Positions 63,504-64,000 of a stretch of DNA of 64,000 nucleotides are shown in pieces. Within the stretch, counting starts at the first letter, position 1; each line of letters starts with the position of its first letter. The stretch covers positions 2,247 to 66,246 of the forward strand of contig JBDRNZ010000027.1 of assembly GCA_043810515.1 (NCBI GenBank), given 5' to 3'. The notes under the pieces were generated by a model that was given only the letters and a program-made list of their open reading frames with translations, made no database searches and was not told the DNA's origin. The DNA is from Candidatus Peregrinibacteria bacterium. GTDB lineage: Bacteria; Patescibacteriota; Gracilibacteria; UBA1369; LOWO2-01-FULL-3. The translations under genes were made by a program, and so were the position numbers.

Positions 63504-64000
63504 ATGAAACGCAACAAGCACTTCCGCCCGCCGGCGGCCGCGTTCGCGGCCGCCCTCTTGGCGGGCTTGGCCCTCCTGGCCACGCCCGCCCTCGCGTCCG
63601 CCCCCGAACTCACCGACGAGCAGGCCGCGATCTACGCGACCTGCTCCGAGGGGCTTCCGCAGGCCACCAACTTGGTGGCCTGCATCAAGAAAACCCCAAA
63701 CCAGGAGGACCGGAAGGCCCTTCTGACCTTTCTTCGGGAGGGGCGTTCCCTCCCGATGTTCCTCAACACAGACGACTCCGACCTGGGGTTTGAGGTCGCG
63801 GCGGCCGTCGAAAGACGGCTGATCGGCGCTCTGACCCCCGGACAGGTGGCCCAGAGATGGGCCACCATGACAAACCTCGCTCGCCATAACCTAAACTGGC
63901 GTTTCCGCGCCGACTTGGTCGAGGCCCTCGGCGACCCCCGAAAGGGGGCCGCCAACCGTCTGGGGATTGAGTACTTCGCGGATATGTCCGAGGAAGAGTT
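63504..64000 (+). CDS. Secreted protein of unknown function, partial (runs off the right edge), GC3-rich codon usage
   Basis: Not in the ORF track because it is open-ended. GAGGAGG Shine-Dalgarno sequence 6 nt before ATG 63504. Sec signal peptide MKRNKHFRPPAAAFAAALLAGLALLATPALA|SAP. No stop through 64000, and most third positions are G/C. Confidence 0.75.
   Translation, partial: MKRNKHFRPPAAAFAAALLAGLALLATPALASAPELTDEQAAIYATCSEGLPQATNLVACIKKTPNQEDRKALLTFLREGRSLPMFLNTDDSDLGFEVAAAVERRLIGALTPGQVAQRWATMTNLARHNLNWRFRADLVEALGDPRKGAANRLGIEYFADMSEEE

Noticed and set aside
63248-63955. Three overlapping track ORFs in the GC-rich end: 63248-63793 (plus), 63453-63887 (minus) and 63632-63955 (minus)
   Set aside because: They are Arg/Gly/Pro-rich shadow frames typical of high-GC DNA. 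The frame starting at 63504 has an RBS, a signal peptide and G/C-rich third positions, and it explains the region.

Overview
This is an AT-rich bacterial chromosome segment, roughly 35-42% GC by eye, tightly packed with housekeeping genes. They include tig, rplS, rnhB, proS, infB, rmuC, rpsA, clpC, ruvB, tsaE, aspS, dnaE, nadCA, valS and glyQS, plus dTDP-sugar and cell-wall genes and two tRNAs. The gene content (duplicated sigma-region-4/HARE-HTH-like proteins, membrane-anchored TraD/VirD4-like ATPases, little biosynthesis) fits a small-genome uncultivated lineage such as Patescibacteria/CPR. That assignment is inference only. The standard genetic code fits.

The main finding is a ~7.6-kb island (28965-36584) inserted at the 3' end of tRNA-Arg(TCT). 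It carries a large serine recombinase and a more AT-rich 7-gene nucleotide-chemistry cassette: Udk-like kinase, PurM-like, HisG-like, an unknown protein, SDR, HAD and Nudix. Two pairs of long inverted repeats (135 bp and ~350 bp) meet at an internal site that is a hybrid of the two outer junctions, giving an attL / inverted attP-like / attR arrangement. I do not know of a described system with this layout or this cargo.

Other notable points:
- A perfect-consensus CIRCE operator lies upstream of clpC.
- The recombinase 5' leader is heavily structured.
- The sequence switches abruptly to GC-rich DNA, with a GC3-rich secreted-protein gene, from ~63.23 kb to the window end. This is either an assembly chimera or foreign DNA.

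All calls come from reading the ORF translations and the sequence by eye. No searches were run, and percentages are hand counts or estimates.
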